Assembly: GCA_002390675.1 (NCBI GenBank)
Contig: DGPZ01000089.1
Location: forward strand, 1-59,940
Reading direction: 5' to 3'
Length of the DNA: 59,940 bases
Origin: Deltaproteobacteria bacterium UBA4427
GTDB taxonomy: Bacteria > Myxococcota_A > UBA9160 > UBA4427
Positions 1-10,869 of the stretch are shown piece by piece (the first letter of the stretch is position 1; each line of letters opens with the position of its first letter). The translations under genes were made by a program, and so were the position numbers. Below the pieces are notes generated by a model. That model worked only from the letters and a program-made list of their open reading frames with translations, had not been told where the DNA came from and ran no database searches.

Positions 1-56
1 GCGCAGCGCCGAGTAGCGCAGCGCTATTGGAACCGTACATTCCTCGTTCGCCGGCG

Positions 57-632
57 TTAGCGGGGATCCGCCCGGTACAATCGGTCGCCGGGCTCCTCGC
101 GCTGGGCGCGGCCAGTCAACAACTCGCCTACTCCAACGACCGCGCTATGGGAAGAAGACTCAGCCGCCGCGCGGCCTCCTTCCTTACCTGAATATTTCCG
201 GTCGCGGCCGGACTTTACGAGTGCGTATTCTGGAGAATCGTGCGGGACGTGAACGAGTTCCGCCTCGACTCGCTTTGAATCGATACGGATGACGACGCGG
301 CTATCGCGCTCGATCTGTTGCGGCCAGCGGTTGAGTTGTCCATCGATGCAGTCGAGGTCGCAGGCGACGTAGGGCACGCCGTTGTAGACGCTGAACCAGA
401 GTGTTCGCGAGCTCGCAGCGCCCACGATTTCCATTTCGAGTTCGTGCAGGGCGTCGAGTTCGGTCCATGGCATGTTGGCGAAGTGGACCTGCTCGCCGGT
501 GCGCAAGGGCCCTCCGGCGAAGACGAAGACCGGACCGTCAGCGTTGGAGATCAGAAACATGCCGCCGGCGACTATTGTGAAGAGCGTGGCGATTGCGATG
601 GCGAGCTTGCCTAATCGTCGCTTCATTTGCAT
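57..632 (-). CDS. Membrane-anchored/exported hypothetical protein, possibly DUF2255/split-barrel-like
   Basis: N-terminal KRR plus hydrophobic helix; GGAGG upstream of the ATG at 632; RTLWFSVYNG...RWPQQIERDSRVVIRID resembles split-barrel proteins. Confidence 0.55.
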   Translation of the reverse strand: MQMKRRLGKLAIAIATLFTIVAGGMFLISNADGPVFVFAGGPLRTGEQVHFANMPWTELDALHELEMEIVGAASSRTLWFSVYNGVPYVACDLDCIDGQLNRWPQQIERDSRVVIRIDSKRVEAELVHVPHDSPEYALVKSGRDRKYSGKEGGRAAAESSSHSAVVGVGELLTGRAQREEPGDRLYRADPR

Positions 633-1236
633 AGCGTTATCGGCCTCCAAGATGTTGTTTTAGCGATGATGTGAATTCTGAGTTGGAGCGCCTTATGCTC
701 TCGTCCCAGCCGCGTCCCGGCCCAGTGTTGTGCAACAAGCAGTTGATAGCCAATGTCTGGTTCCTGCTTCCCAACAACTCAAGCGTAGCGCTCTCGCCAG
801 GCGCCGGGTTCATGATCTGCCTGCGACGGCCCCCAACCTGACACGAGACGTATAAAGTTGGAACAGGCGAGAGACCAATGCGAACCTCGGTTTCGAGCCA
901 GGTATGTGTCGCCGCAACTAGGCTGTCTCGAGTCCGTAGAGGTCCAGCACGCCAATGGCGATGGCGTTGGCTATGCCGAGAGACGACCACGCGCGTGACG
1001 CGTGAAGGATAACTACCAGGATGACGAAAGTGGATTTGGGATCACCCGACTCCGACGCGCAATATAATGAACGAGTCATCTACGTGCGGATCAATCGTGT
1101 GGAACCACGAAATTCGATCGCCGGGGCAAATGCGAACACAGGCTCCAGGTACTGGAGTGCGGCGTTGGGGGGGAGTTGCATGGCTGGGGCGAAGCGTAGA
1201 TAGTGGGCACTGGATAACAGCAAGGAGATTTTTTAG

Positions 1237-2091
1237 ATGAAGTACGGCATCAGCATGTTTCCCACCGACTACTCGGTCTCACCTGGAACCTTCGCGCGAG
1301 CGATTGAAGAGCGAGGCTTCGAAAGCTTCTGGGTACCCGAGCATTCCCACTTTCCCGTTTCAGATATGACGCCTGGACGAGACTTGGGTGGCCTCCCGAA
1401 CATGTACTACGACGTAGTCGATCCTTTTGTCGCACTGGCGATGGCTGCGGAGGCTACGGATCGGATCCGGCTAGGAACGAGCATCTGCCTGGTCGTGCAA
1501 CGTGACCCCATCCAGACCGCGAAGATTATTGCCAGTCTCGATGCTTTGTCGGGTGGGAGAGTGGATTTCGGTGTCGGCGGAGGCTGGAATCCTTTCGAAA
1601 TTGGTCAGCACGGGACGGAATTTCCTACGCGCTTCAAGTTGATGCACGAGCGGATCGAAACTATGAAGCAGCTCTGGACCGAAGAGAAGGCCGAGTTCAA
1701 GGGGGAACATGTCACTCTTGCGCCGAGCTTTGCGTGGCCGAAACCGTCGCAGAGCCCCCATCCGCCAATTCACGTCGCTGCGAATGCGCCCAAGGGATTC
1801 GGGCGTGTCGTGGCATATGGCGATGGATGGTTTCCGATGCCAGGCGAAGATGCGGAGGCTTCGATTTTCTCTCAGATTCCCGAGCTGCACCGGCGACTAA
1901 CGGCGGCAGGGCGTGACCCCAAGAGCGTTGAGATCAGCGCGTATTGGATGCCTCCGGAAGAAGCTCTGATTGCGCGGGCTAAGGAAACTGGTGTTGATCG
2001 CGTAATCTTTATGGTCGATCCAGTTGCTGAGCCTGAAGCACTTGAGGCGCTTGACGAGCTGGCCAGGTTTGTTTTGCGGTGCGAAAGCTAG
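1237..2091 (+). CDS. LLM-class F420-dependent oxidoreductase (Rv2161c/TIGR03619-like)
   Basis: GFESFWVPEHSHFP, DPFVALAMAA, IRLGTSICLVVQRDP, YGDGWFP motifs; AAGGAG RBS. Confidence 0.9.
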   Translation: MKYGISMFPTDYSVSPGTFARAIEERGFESFWVPEHSHFPVSDMTPGRDLGGLPNMYYDVVDPFVALAMAAEATDRIRLGTSICLVVQRDPIQTAKIIASLDALSGGRVDFGVGGGWNPFEIGQHGTEFPTRFKLMHERIETMKQLWTEEKAEFKGEHVTLAPSFAWPKPSQSPHPPIHVAANAPKGFGRVVAYGDGWFPMPGEDAEASIFSQIPELHRRLTAAGRDPKSVEISAYWMPPEEALIARAKETGVDRVIFMVDPVAEPEALEALDELARFVLRCES

Positions 2092-2102
2092 GCCTGTCAT
2101 AT

Positions 2103-2657
2103 TTATAGCCCGTCGCACCCCGGTTCTCCCTTGATCGGCCCGACTATGTTGTTCGTAACCCAGCCGCCGTAGTAGCCACCTGGCTGCGCGCGGACTCGCT
2201 CGTCGTTGATGAAGCATGCTATGCGGCCTGGGTAGAATGCGTACCATCCTGCAATGGCTTTGAACTCAGGAAAGACGCGCGGGTAGACCCAGGCTACGGA
2301 CTGTCGGCCATCCACTAACCGAAGGTCCACGGCCATACCTTTCCATTCGCAGGAAGAGGTTTGGCCGGTCTCAGCAAGCTGATCTACGTCGACGTCATCT
2401 GGCGGGATGTAGTAGGTCGGCGGACTCGCTGTTTCGAGGACGCGAATGGCACGAACGGTTGAGGCAAGAACCTGCTTGTCGGTTCGAACCACGACGCGTC
2501 GCGGATCGGGAGCGAGGCTTGGCGGTCTCGGGTAGTCCCAAACAGATTCCTGGTCGACGCCGGGAACGACGGCGAAAGGCGGTCGGACGCTGCCGCGGTA
2601 TTTCCACGCGGCGCGATGTGATCGGATTCGTTTGTCGGATTCGAGGAATGGAGTCAT
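2103..2657 (-). CDS. DUF427 domain protein
   Basis: ESVWDYPRPP, VLETASPPTYYIP, CEWKG, GGYYGGWVT signature; start taken at MTPFLE just after the upstream gene. Confidence 0.85.
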   Translation of the reverse strand: MTPFLESDKRIRSHRAAWKYRGSVRPPFAVVPGVDQESVWDYPRPPSLAPDPRRVVVRTDKQVLASTVRAIRVLETASPPTYYIPPDDVDVDQLAETGQTSSCEWKGMAVDLRLVDGRQSVAWVYPRVFPEFKAIAGWYAFYPGRIACFINDERVRAQPGGYYGGWVTNNIVGPIKGEPGCDGL

Positions 2658-2670
2658 GTCTATGACCGTG

Positions 2671-2898
2671 TCATTTCCAGCCGGGCAACCATCGCGCCGG
2701 GTCGTTGAGTTCGTTTTCAGACACGATTTTAGATCGTTTAGAGATGACTGCACACAATTCGATCGTTCTCACGGCGGTACCGTTATTCAACTTGGAACTC
2801 GAGACGATGCGCCTGACTATGAAATGCTTTTCTCTCTTGACCGGGTCGAGATCCGTCCACTTCGAGTCTACGAGATTCTTCGTCTGCGTTTTTTTCAT
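2671..2898 (-). CDS. TIGR02450 family Trp-rich protein
   Basis: SKWTxxxPxxREKHFIV...ELxAV...ELNDPARWLPGWK family pattern. Confidence 0.8.
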   Translation of the reverse strand: MKKTQTKNLVDSKWTDLDPVKREKHFIVRRIVSSSKLNNGTAVRTIELCAVISKRSKIVSENELNDPARWLPGWK

Positions 2899-2935
2899 GT
2901 GCAATCTCACAGTGAGTTGATGTCGGACGCCTGAG

Positions 2936-3385
2936 CTAAGGCGCCATTCGTTTCCTGTAGTCCCAGCTCGTTACCCAGCTCGGTTCGATTTTAATGCAAA
3001 CTTCGTCCGCCGATCGCCGTCGTAGCCATTGCTTGAATGGAGTTTCTTCGTCGCCAAGGAAGCGAGAAGAAACCTGTTCCAGCAGTTCTGCTGCCCCGAG
3101 CGACGTGACGGTGGCAAGTCCTCTGCCTCGAAGACCAAAATACGGCGGGTCGTTTGTGGAGAGTTCAAATGCGCATCGGCCGTCTCTTTCGAGGTGTCGA
3201 GTGATTACGGCCTGCTTTTGAGTGGCGCAGAGTATCTGCCCGTCGCGGAACTGATACCAGAGCGAGCAGATGAGCGGGAAACCCGAAGCTGTCGTGACTG
3301 CGATCCGCAAAGGGCCATCAAATGATTCGAGAAAGTCTGTGGCTTGTGATGCGGACCAAGCGCTCTTTGGGCTGAGCGTTTTCAT
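2936..3385 (-). CDS. Pyridoxamine 5'-phosphate oxidase-like flavin-binding split-barrel protein
   Basis: GFPLICSLWY, PPYFGLRGRG, WVTSWDYRKRM; AAGGAG RBS before the ATG at 3385. Confidence 0.8.
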   Translation of the reverse strand: MKTLSPKSAWSASQATDFLESFDGPLRIAVTTASGFPLICSLWYQFRDGQILCATQKQAVITRHLERDGRCAFELSTNDPPYFGLRGRGLATVTSLGAAELLEQVSSRFLGDEETPFKQWLRRRSADEVCIKIEPSWVTSWDYRKRMAP

Positions 3386-3435
3386 TGAGTAATCTCCTTG
3401 GGGCGGAAAGGTGCAAAAAACAAAGTGACTATTTG

Positions 3436-4860
3436 TTAGGCAGAGCACCTTTGAGCCGAGCGGGTTAGCCAAAACTGATAGGCTGCCATGACGGCTCGAT
3501 GTAGGGGGGCTTGCGTCACGGTGTAGAGCCACCACGGAAGACTTGGCTCGAAGTCTTGGAGGGCCGCGAGGACACTCTCTCCGTCAGGGGTTGTCCGGAA
3601 TTCGAGGCGCGGCTGACCCGCTGGAGCAGGTGCCGCGAGAAGCCCCCCAGCAACATAAAAGATCACACGATCAGTTTCCGTAACGACTCCGGATTGTTGC
3701 TGGCCTAGGTCGAGAATGAGGAGCGGCTTGTCAATGCTTCGAAGGCGTAGCGTGACCCGATCGTCAGCGGTGTCAACGATGATCAGCCAGGGTGCAAATC
3801 GCTCAAGCCATTTCGGATACTCGTGGGCGACCCAGGTGGCATCACGTCCGGCGGGTAAGTTGAAGCGTTGGATGGAACGCGCGATGGGGCGTTTCCAGAC
3901 TCTTGAGCGATGAAGCGACTTCGCCAGCGCTTCTTTGAAGGGAGCCCCAACGTGGCCCATCTCATTCTGCAGCCACGGATCTGTGACGACCATAGGATGA
4001 CGAAGACTTTCGATGAGGGGTCGCACTAGGCTTCGAGGTGATCCCGTCACGATCGAGACCCAGAGTTCGGAGAGAGCGGGGGTCACGAGCGGGACTGGCA
4101 GCATAGGGCGGCGGCGCTCAAGCACACTGGAGGTGGCCTTCATCATTTGTCGATAGGACATCACATCGGGGCCGCCGACCTCAGCGATCCGGCCCGAAGT
4201 GGATGCGTTGAGACAGCAGTATTCAAGGATCTCAATCACGTCAGACAGGCCAATCGGCTGAGTTTTAGACAAAGTCCAACTTGGGCACACCATGAGCGGA
4301 AGCCGCTCTACTAGGCGCACAAGCAGATTGAGTGAGGAACCTTCGGCTCCAACTATGAGCCCCGCGCGGATTGCGGTTACGGGGACTCCATGCGCAGCCA
4401 AAGCGTGTTCCACTTCCAAGCGACTCTGCAGGTGAGGGGAGAGCCCTCGGCTTGGGTCGGACGGAAGTAGGCCGCCGAGATATACGATTCGCTTTACGCC
4501 CGCTTGTCGGGCGGCTCGAGCGAAATTGTCCGCGAGAAGCAGGTCCAGATTTTCGAAGGAGCCTTGAGTTAGTCGTGCATTTGGGCTCATCGAGTGGACA
4601 AGGTAGACGGCGACGTCTGCACCCTTGAGTGCCAGCTCGGTTTCCGGAATAGAAAAGAGGTCACACCGCCGCCGCTCGATGCCTGCGTTTCCGTTTTCGA
4701 TTAAGTCCGACGGAGCCCCAGAGGGCGGCGGGAAGCGGCGCCCTAACGCTACTACACGAGTCTTCGACTCGAGCGCTTCGCAGAGGGCGCTTCCAACGAA
4801 TCCCGCGGCGCCAGTGATTGCGACGCAGGACCTATTTGAATCGTTCACGTTTGATTCCAA
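3436..4860 (-). CDS. NAD(P)H-binding atypical SDR / NAD-dependent epimerase (YbjT-like) with C-terminal extra domain
   Basis: ITGAAGFVG Rossmann motif, VYLVHSM, RIVYLGGL, SPHLQSRLEVE. Confidence 0.85.
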   Translation of the reverse strand: MESNVNDSNRSCVAITGAAGFVGSALCEALESKTRVVALGRRFPPPSGAPSDLIENGNAGIERRRCDLFSIPETELALKGADVAVYLVHSMSPNARLTQGSFENLDLLLADNFARAARQAGVKRIVYLGGLLPSDPSRGLSPHLQSRLEVEHALAAHGVPVTAIRAGLIVGAEGSSLNLLVRLVERLPLMVCPSWTLSKTQPIGLSDVIEILEYCCLNASTSGRIAEVGGPDVMSYRQMMKATSSVLERRRPMLPVPLVTPALSELWVSIVTGSPRSLVRPLIESLRHPMVVTDPWLQNEMGHVGAPFKEALAKSLHRSRVWKRPIARSIQRFNLPAGRDATWVAHEYPKWLERFAPWLIIVDTADDRVTLRLRSIDKPLLILDLGQQQSGVVTETDRVIFYVAGGLLAAPAPAGQPRLEFRTTPDGESVLAALQDFEPSLPWWLYTVTQAPLHRAVMAAYQFWLTRSAQRCSA

Positions 4861-4924
4861 TTACCGGTCTAGCCGGCGGCGCAATCCGCATACAGGAGCG
4901 AGGTGCGAAGCTTTGTAGAGATCC

Positions 4925-5180
4925 GTGCAGCGAGGCGATTCTATCTGCCGAGCACCCGAAGAGCGAGTCTACCTTTCAGAACGTCAGGTGGGGCCGGGAG
5001 ACCGAGTACTCGACCCGGGGCAATGCGAAGCTTGTGGAGTTGAGAAAGATGATTCGGGCGAATTGCCTTGCACACGAGGTTCCCTGGAATTCGCTGGACA
5101 GAAAGCGGTGGATCTGGTTTAAGGATCTGCCGCTCCCTGCCGGATCCTGTCCCGCCGAATCGGGTACGCTCCGGTGATGC
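4925..5180 (+). pseudogene. Probable decayed class I SAM-dependent methyltransferase fragment
   Basis: VGPGDRVLDPG (motif I-like), KMIRA, RFPGIRWTE and DLPLPAGS occur in the expected order but in three different frames. Confidence 0.35.
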
Positions 5181-5218
5181 TGCTGTGCTTGCCGAGCCCA
5201 GTTCTGAGAGCGTACTGA

Positions 5219-7111
5219 TTGCTTTCCTTACGCCGGTCCAATATTGCTCCTTGTTTTTCGCTACCGGCGGTCCTCGGACTTATGCTGCTTATGCCGTTGT
5301 GTCCGAATTTGGCCATCGCGGACCGTATGCCCGAGCAGTCCCAATGGGATTCGCTCAATCCGGATCTCGAATGGATGATCGGCGAAATCGAGATTACAGG
5401 AGCGAGCCATTTCAGTGCGAGGTCGCTCGATAAGAGAATGCTCTCGCGTGAGCGCCCGTGGTACACGCCTTGGCGCGCGCGACCCGAGTTCGATCCGGCG
5501 GTTTTCGAACGGGACATCGCAAGGCTCGTGCGGTTTTATGAATCCGAAGGGTTCTATAAGGCATTGGTTTCGTACGCTTGGAGCCAAGAGGAGCGTCGGG
5601 GTCGAATCCTTGTTGACTTAACGATCTCGATCGTCGAGGGGCCGCCTGCGGTCGTGGCCACGGTTGATCTCGAGGTTATTAAGACACTGGATAGGCCGCC
5701 TCAGCCGCTCGATGTCTCTGGTCCGTTTTCGCTCAAAACCGGCTCTACATTTCGAGAGGGCGACTACCGCGCGACTGCGGAGGAGATCGAACGCATTTAT
5801 CTCTCCGGGGGATTCCCTTGGGTGGCGGTCGAGCGATCCGCCCGAGTCGATACCGACCGCACCCAAGTCACTGCAGCATTTCGTGCCAAGCCGGGTCCGC
5901 ATGCCACGATTTCCTCAATCGAAATAGAGGGTGTGGAGCTGGTTTCTCCGGATCTGATCAGCCGAGAACTGACCTTCGCTGTGGGAGAACCATTCTCGAT
6001 TCAAGCCATCGAGGAATCCCGCACAAAGCTGCTCGCGCTAGGCCTCTTCGCCTCGGTGTCGATGGATTGGAGTGAGGAGGGTGGTCAGCTCGGAGTCACT
6101 TCAGTCCGCATCACTGTCAAAGAGCGCCCGCATCGTGAGATTCGAATTGGCGTCGGCTACAGCACTGAGGAAGAGGCTCAGCTGAGAGTGCGGTGGGGAG
6201 ATGACAATTGGTTCGGCAGCGGAAGAAGGACCGCGTTTACGGGGCGGTACTCGAGCGTCGTGCGGTCCCTTGACTATTCACTCATGCAGCCTCATATGTG
6301 GGAGCAGAACGATCGCGGTCTTCTTAATATTTCTGTGTTTCAAGAGACGGAACGCATGTACACGCGAAACTCTGTGCGTGCGAGGCCGGCCTTTGAACGG
6401 AAGTTCTCGACTCCGCTTGTCTTAAGCGTGGGGCTACAGGTCGAAACGACTCAGGTCAGAGATGTTGATTCTGAGCTTTCGCAACTGATTGGCGGAGTTC
6501 GAAGTGAAGGAATCCTACTAGGTCCTACGTTGTCTCTCGAATGGAGTCCCGTAGATAGCCTGATCCACCCGACTACGGGCTGGGTCGCAAGGCTACTTAC
6601 CGAAGCCTCGTCGACTGCGTTAGGCGCTACCTATGACTACTACAAAATGACCGCCTCGATTATAAGATATCACCCGCTGGGGCATTGGGGCGTGTTAGGA
6701 ACTCGCCTAAAAATTGGTGTGGCCGATTCACTCAGCGCTCCAGATCGATTACCAATCTTCAAACGACTCTATGCGGGTGGAGAAAACAGCGTGCGTGGGT
6801 ATCAGCGTCGCCAACTCGGACCGCGCGCGTCGAACGGCGATCCCTTAGGCGGCCGTTCTCTGATTGAAGGAGGCGTCGAGGCACGCATCCCGGTCTGGCG
6901 CGACCTTGGTGTAGTCGGCTTTTTCGACTTTGGGCAGGTATCACTCGATCGCTTCGATCTCATCCCCGACGATCTGCGGTATTCCGCAGGGCCTGGGCTG
7001 ATCTACGACACCCCATTTGGACCCCTAAGCCTTTATGCCGGATTCCCTCTGAATGAGAAGAGCATCGACCCCTCGTGGCAGTTGCACTTCAGCATAGGGT
7101 TCTTCTTCTGA
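5219..7111 (+). CDS. tamA: Omp85/BamA-TamA family outer-membrane protein
   Basis: POTRA-like repeats, YAGGENSVRGY (VRGY motif), C-terminal aromatic beta-signal LHFSIGFFF; stop overlaps the tamB start (TGATG). Confidence 0.85.
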   Translation: MLSLRRSNIAPCFSLPAVLGLMLLMPLCPNLAIADRMPEQSQWDSLNPDLEWMIGEIEITGASHFSARSLDKRMLSRERPWYTPWRARPEFDPAVFERDIARLVRFYESEGFYKALVSYAWSQEERRGRILVDLTISIVEGPPAVVATVDLEVIKTLDRPPQPLDVSGPFSLKTGSTFREGDYRATAEEIERIYLSGGFPWVAVERSARVDTDRTQVTAAFRAKPGPHATISSIEIEGVELVSPDLISRELTFAVGEPFSIQAIEESRTKLLALGLFASVSMDWSEEGGQLGVTSVRITVKERPHREIRIGVGYSTEEEAQLRVRWGDDNWFGSGRRTAFTGRYSSVVRSLDYSLMQPHMWEQNDRGLLNISVFQETERMYTRNSVRARPAFERKFSTPLVLSVGLQVETTQVRDVDSELSQLIGGVRSEGILLGPTLSLEWSPVDSLIHPTTGWVARLLTEASSTALGATYDYYKMTASIIRYHPLGHWGVLGTRLKIGVADSLSAPDRLPIFKRLYAGGENSVRGYQRRQLGPRASNGDPLGGRSLIEGGVEARIPVWRDLGVVGFFDFGQVSLDRFDLIPDDLRYSAGPGLIYDTPFGPLSLYAGFPLNEKSIDPSWQLHFSIGFFF

Positions 7112-10100
7112 TGGCATTTAAGCACACGACCGAGCGGAGGGAGCCCGCGCCGAAAAAACCGGAAAACCGTGGAACCGGGGGGAACCGGATAGCCAGAACG
7201 TTTGGGATCGCGCTCTTGGCCCTACTGATCACGATTGCCTTAGTTCTAACGTCCTCGCCAATTCGGGATCTGCTGGTGACGGCTTCGATTGATCTCGCGA
7301 ACGATCGAATCGCGGGGGAACTCGAGGTTTCAGGATTCGAGGGATCACTTCTTGGGCGATTCACACTTTCTGACCTGACGCTTAGGCATGAGGGGCAGGA
7401 GATCGTACGTGTGGAGCGGGCGTCATTTTCGGTCGTTTGGCGCGCGCTGATTCGAGGACAACTTCATCTGCACGAACTCGAACTTTTGAGGCCGGTCGTC
7501 CATGGGGTACGAGATGAGGAGGCTGGCTGGAACCTATTAGATGCAGTCGGCTCCACTCCTCCAGATGAAGAGGTGGCCGAGGAAGCCGGAAAGGATTTAG
7601 TTGATCTGTCACTACAGATTGATGATCTGTCGATTGTCGACGGTGAGCTAAATCTAACTCTCGGGAACGTGAAAGAGGAATTGATCCGGCTGAGGGAGTT
7701 GGATTTCACGACGGCACTTTTCGTCGCCGGGGCTGACGCTAATGCGGCTGGCATTAAGCTTAAGGCTACCCTCCTGGCTTCGGGCCTTCCGCCGATATAC
7801 ACGCGACTGGGTGGGCAAGCCGGTATCGCGCAGGGTGAGCTATCGGTCGCGGTTGAGAGTTTTGAAGCGAATGGTGGGTCATCCCAGATTCGGGCACAGG
7901 GTGAAGTGACGCGGGGTGGCGAGGTCCATTTCGCAGTAGAGATGGCGAAGCTGGCCTATGAAGATCTCGAACAGATTCTCCCGGAAGGCGTGCCGGCACT
8001 CGACTATTCGGGGCATTTCAAACTCGACGGGGCCCGAGATGATGCGGTCTTTTCGGGCCGTTTGAGTACCAAAGTCGCCGGTATCCAGTGGCAAGGCGCG
8101 CTCAATCTATTGGACCTCGACCCAGCCCAGATGAAGGGCACGTTCGGCTTTGAGGCGACGGAAATCGGCAGGCTCCTTGGGCGCGAGGATATCAGCGGGC
8201 ATCTCGCCGGAACCGGCCTCTGGTCTGGCTCTGGTGGCAGCGGACAGCTGACATTGAGTCATGATGGCGGGGCACTCTCACTTGATTTTGACCTAACGCG
8301 TCAAAAGGAACAATGGGGCGTTGCGGGCCTAATAGAGTCGAGTGGCTTGGACCTCTCCCGAATATTAGTCACGCAACCACAGCTCGAGGGAGTTCTCGAA
8401 TCTAGTGGCCGCTTCTCAATTGCCGACATTCGCGGAGAAACTCCCCTTGCTGATGCGGCGCTTTCATTTTCAAGCTCGCGACTTGGTGGGGTAGCGATTA
8501 CTTCAGCAGAGCTCGTCGTGCAGGCCAATCGCGAATCGCTTCTCGTGCAGAAAATGTGGATCAACACGAGCGTGGGCCAAATTCGGTCAAACGGCAGAAT
8601 AGGGCTCGCTTCGAGTACGGCTGTGGATTTCGAAGCGCGGGTTGATGTGCTCGATGGAGCTCCGCTCCTGAAGCTGATTGGGCAGTCTGGCGAGGGAGAA
8701 CTGTATGGCCAGGTGAAGGTCGTCGGTGATCATCGTCAGATTCACGCTCTCGGAAATATCAGGGGCAGCCTGCTGGAGATCTCGAGCGCACGTGCGCGGG
8801 ACGCAACCCTCGACCTTGAACTTACGGGGCCGCTTTTGGGTCCAGTCACCGGGAAGATACGAGCCCGGGTCGGAGATATCGAAGCTGAAGGTTTCGCTGG
8901 CGACGCCGAGGTCGACCTAGAACTTGACGGGGATACCAAGCAGGGCGTGACCGCGGATTTCAGGCTCCAAGACGGTGCGCAGCAGCTTCATGGCTTGCAA
9001 CTCACAGGAGTATGGGACCAACAGCAATTTCAGGGGAGTGTGAATAATTTTTTGGTCTCGGCGCTCGGGAGTCAATGGCGCCTCGATGAGCCCACAGAGT
9101 TGTCATTCGCTGAGGACCACCTGGCGTTAGGCAATGCAGTTATTCGCTCTCAGGCGGGGACGGTCAAGGTGGGTGGTCGAGTATCTAGTGCTGGGTCTCA
9201 ACGCTTCAGCTTATCTCTGGAGGATGTGCGCCTCGCGCCTCTTCTTTCGCTCGCGGGCAGCGATCTCGAGGCGCGCGCGGGCCTGACTACCGATGTGAAT
9301 GTGACAGGCACCGCAGGAGCTCCGAAGATCGATATCCGACTTGACCTTAATGATTTGTGGGTACGCGATCTTTCGCTGGGCGGAATTCGGGTTGAAGGGC
9401 TCTACTCAGATGGCGTGACGAGGCTCACTTTGGGCGCCGGTCCGCCGCTCGCGCAAGAACTTCAGTCGACGTTCATGCTGCCCAGTCGAATTTCTTGGGA
9501 CACCGTGCTTGAAGCGAAGATGACCGGCCCTTTCCGACTCGACGGGGTCACAAGAGCGATCGACATTGAGAAGCTCGCGCCTTTCGTATCCGATCTCGCG
9601 ACCGAGTTGAGCGGGCGAGTGGACGCCGAGCTTTCCGTCACCGGAACACCTGACGAATTCACGCCGTCGTTCCGCGTGACCCTTGATGACGCGACGGTTA
9701 AGCCGCGAGCAACGGGTGTTCGAGTAGAGTCGATTACTGGGGTGATCTCATACTTGGGGAATGAGTTGGAGCTGGAGTCACTCACAGCCAGTGCGGGGGA
9801 GGGAAGGCTCGCCGCTTCCGCCAGCGGTCGTTTGAGCGTTGGATCCGTCAATTCCTCGGTCGCAAACGTCACGCTGACCCGGTGGCCAGTGATTCGATCT
9901 CGGCCCTATTCCCTGACAGCCTCTGGCGTGTTGGCCATCAAGCAGAGGAGGGCTGGGCCGATTCGAGTCGAGGGCACTGTCAATATCAATGATGGAACGT
10001 TTCGACCGGTGCTGGACTTTCTGGTAGAGACGCCGCCAGCCAGGGATCCCACAATCACATTTGAGGATGAAATTCCGACCAGCGATGCAGGCACGCCCGT

Positions 10101-10869
10101 GCTGAAAAGCGCGACCGTGGTACGCAAGGCGGACCGACTAACGAAATGGTTCAAGGATGCAGAGGTTGACGTCGGGGTTTCGGCGGAGCGAAACCTCTGG
10201 GTCCAGCACAAGTTGGCTTCGTTAGAGCTTCAAGGTCAAGTCCGACTTCATAAGGCCTCTGCTGAGCCCGGAACTCTCCATGGTCGGATTCGTACGCGCA
10301 GAGGTTGGTTCAACGTTCAGGGTCGTCGTTTTAAGATAGTGGACGGCGAGTTGACCTTTGTCGGCGGTGACAAGGTCGACCCAGTCGTCGATCTCACTGC
10401 GCGCCATAAGGTGAAAAACTACACCATCGATGCCATTTTTTCGGGGCCGATCTCGTCTCCCTCGCTCGCGCTGACGAGCGATCCATCACTTGAACAGTCT
10501 GATATTCTAGCGGTACTGCTGTTTGGTGGGACGGTGAGCGAATTGAGTGGAGGGGAACGATCCTCTCTCGGGTATGAGGCCTCCGCGATTGCTGCGTCTT
10601 ACGGAATCACCGCGGCAGGAAGATCCGTCGCGAATGCCATGAGACTGGAGGAGACTGGGTTGCAGCTGGAAGAACTTTCGCAGGACCGACTGTCAATTGG
10701 CGCATACGTCGGGCGAAACACATTCGTGTCTGTCACTCAGGAATTTAGTGAAGAGCGGACTCAGCAGTTTTCTCTCGAGTACGAATTCTGGCCCGGTTGG
10801 AGTGTCGTCATGTCCTCGACCGCACGGGGTTCGAACTCAGCAGATGTGGTTTGGAAACTTCGATACTGA
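7111..10869 (+). CDS. tamB: Translocation/assembly module TamB (AsmA-like, C-terminal DUF490)
   Basis: About 1250 aa, N-terminal TM anchor, beta-rich body, LTSDPSLEQSDILAVLLFG and ADVVWKLRY end; follows tamA. Confidence 0.85.
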   Translation: MAFKHTTERREPAPKKPENRGTGGNRIARTFGIALLALLITIALVLTSSPIRDLLVTASIDLANDRIAGELEVSGFEGSLLGRFTLSDLTLRHEGQEIVRVERASFSVVWRALIRGQLHLHELELLRPVVHGVRDEEAGWNLLDAVGSTPPDEEVAEEAGKDLVDLSLQIDDLSIVDGELNLTLGNVKEELIRLRELDFTTALFVAGADANAAGIKLKATLLASGLPPIYTRLGGQAGIAQGELSVAVESFEANGGSSQIRAQGEVTRGGEVHFAVEMAKLAYEDLEQILPEGVPALDYSGHFKLDGARDDAVFSGRLSTKVAGIQWQGALNLLDLDPAQMKGTFGFEATEIGRLLGREDISGHLAGTGLWSGSGGSGQLTLSHDGGALSLDFDLTRQKEQWGVAGLIESSGLDLSRILVTQPQLEGVLESSGRFSIADIRGETPLADAALSFSSSRLGGVAITSAELVVQANRESLLVQKMWINTSVGQIRSNGRIGLASSTAVDFEARVDVLDGAPLLKLIGQSGEGELYGQVKVVGDHRQIHALGNIRGSLLEISSARARDATLDLELTGPLLGPVTGKIRARVGDIEAEGFAGDAEVDLELDGDTKQGVTADFRLQDGAQQLHGLQLTGVWDQQQFQGSVNNFLVSALGSQWRLDEPTELSFAEDHLALGNAVIRSQAGTVKVGGRVSSAGSQRFSLSLEDVRLAPLLSLAGSDLEARAGLTTDVNVTGTAGAPKIDIRLDLNDLWVRDLSLGGIRVEGLYSDGVTRLTLGAGPPLAQELQSTFMLPSRISWDTVLEAKMTGPFRLDGVTRAIDIEKLAPFVSDLATELSGRVDAELSVTGTPDEFTPSFRVTLDDATVKPRATGVRVESITGVISYLGNELELESLTASAGEGRLAASASGRLSVGSVNSSVANVTLTRWPVIRSRPYSLTASGVLAIKQRRAGPIRVEGTVNINDGTFRPVLDFLVETPPARDPTITFEDEIPTSDAGTPVLKSATVVRKADRLTKWFKDAEVDVGVSAERNLWVQHKLASLELQGQVRLHKASAEPGTLHGRIRTRRGWFNVQGRRFKIVDGELTFVGGDKVDPVVDLTARHKVKNYTIDAIFSGPISSPSLALTSDPSLEQSDILAVLLFGGTVSELSGGERSSLGYEASAIAASYGITAAGRSVANAMRLEETGLQLEELSQDRLSIGAYVGRNTFVSVTQEFSEERTQQFSLEYEFWPGWSVVMSSTARGSNSADVVWKLRY

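Noticed and set aside
637-1203. Small ORFs and a TATAAT in the spacer before the first LLM gene
   Set aside because: No family motif or RBS support, and no matching -35 element
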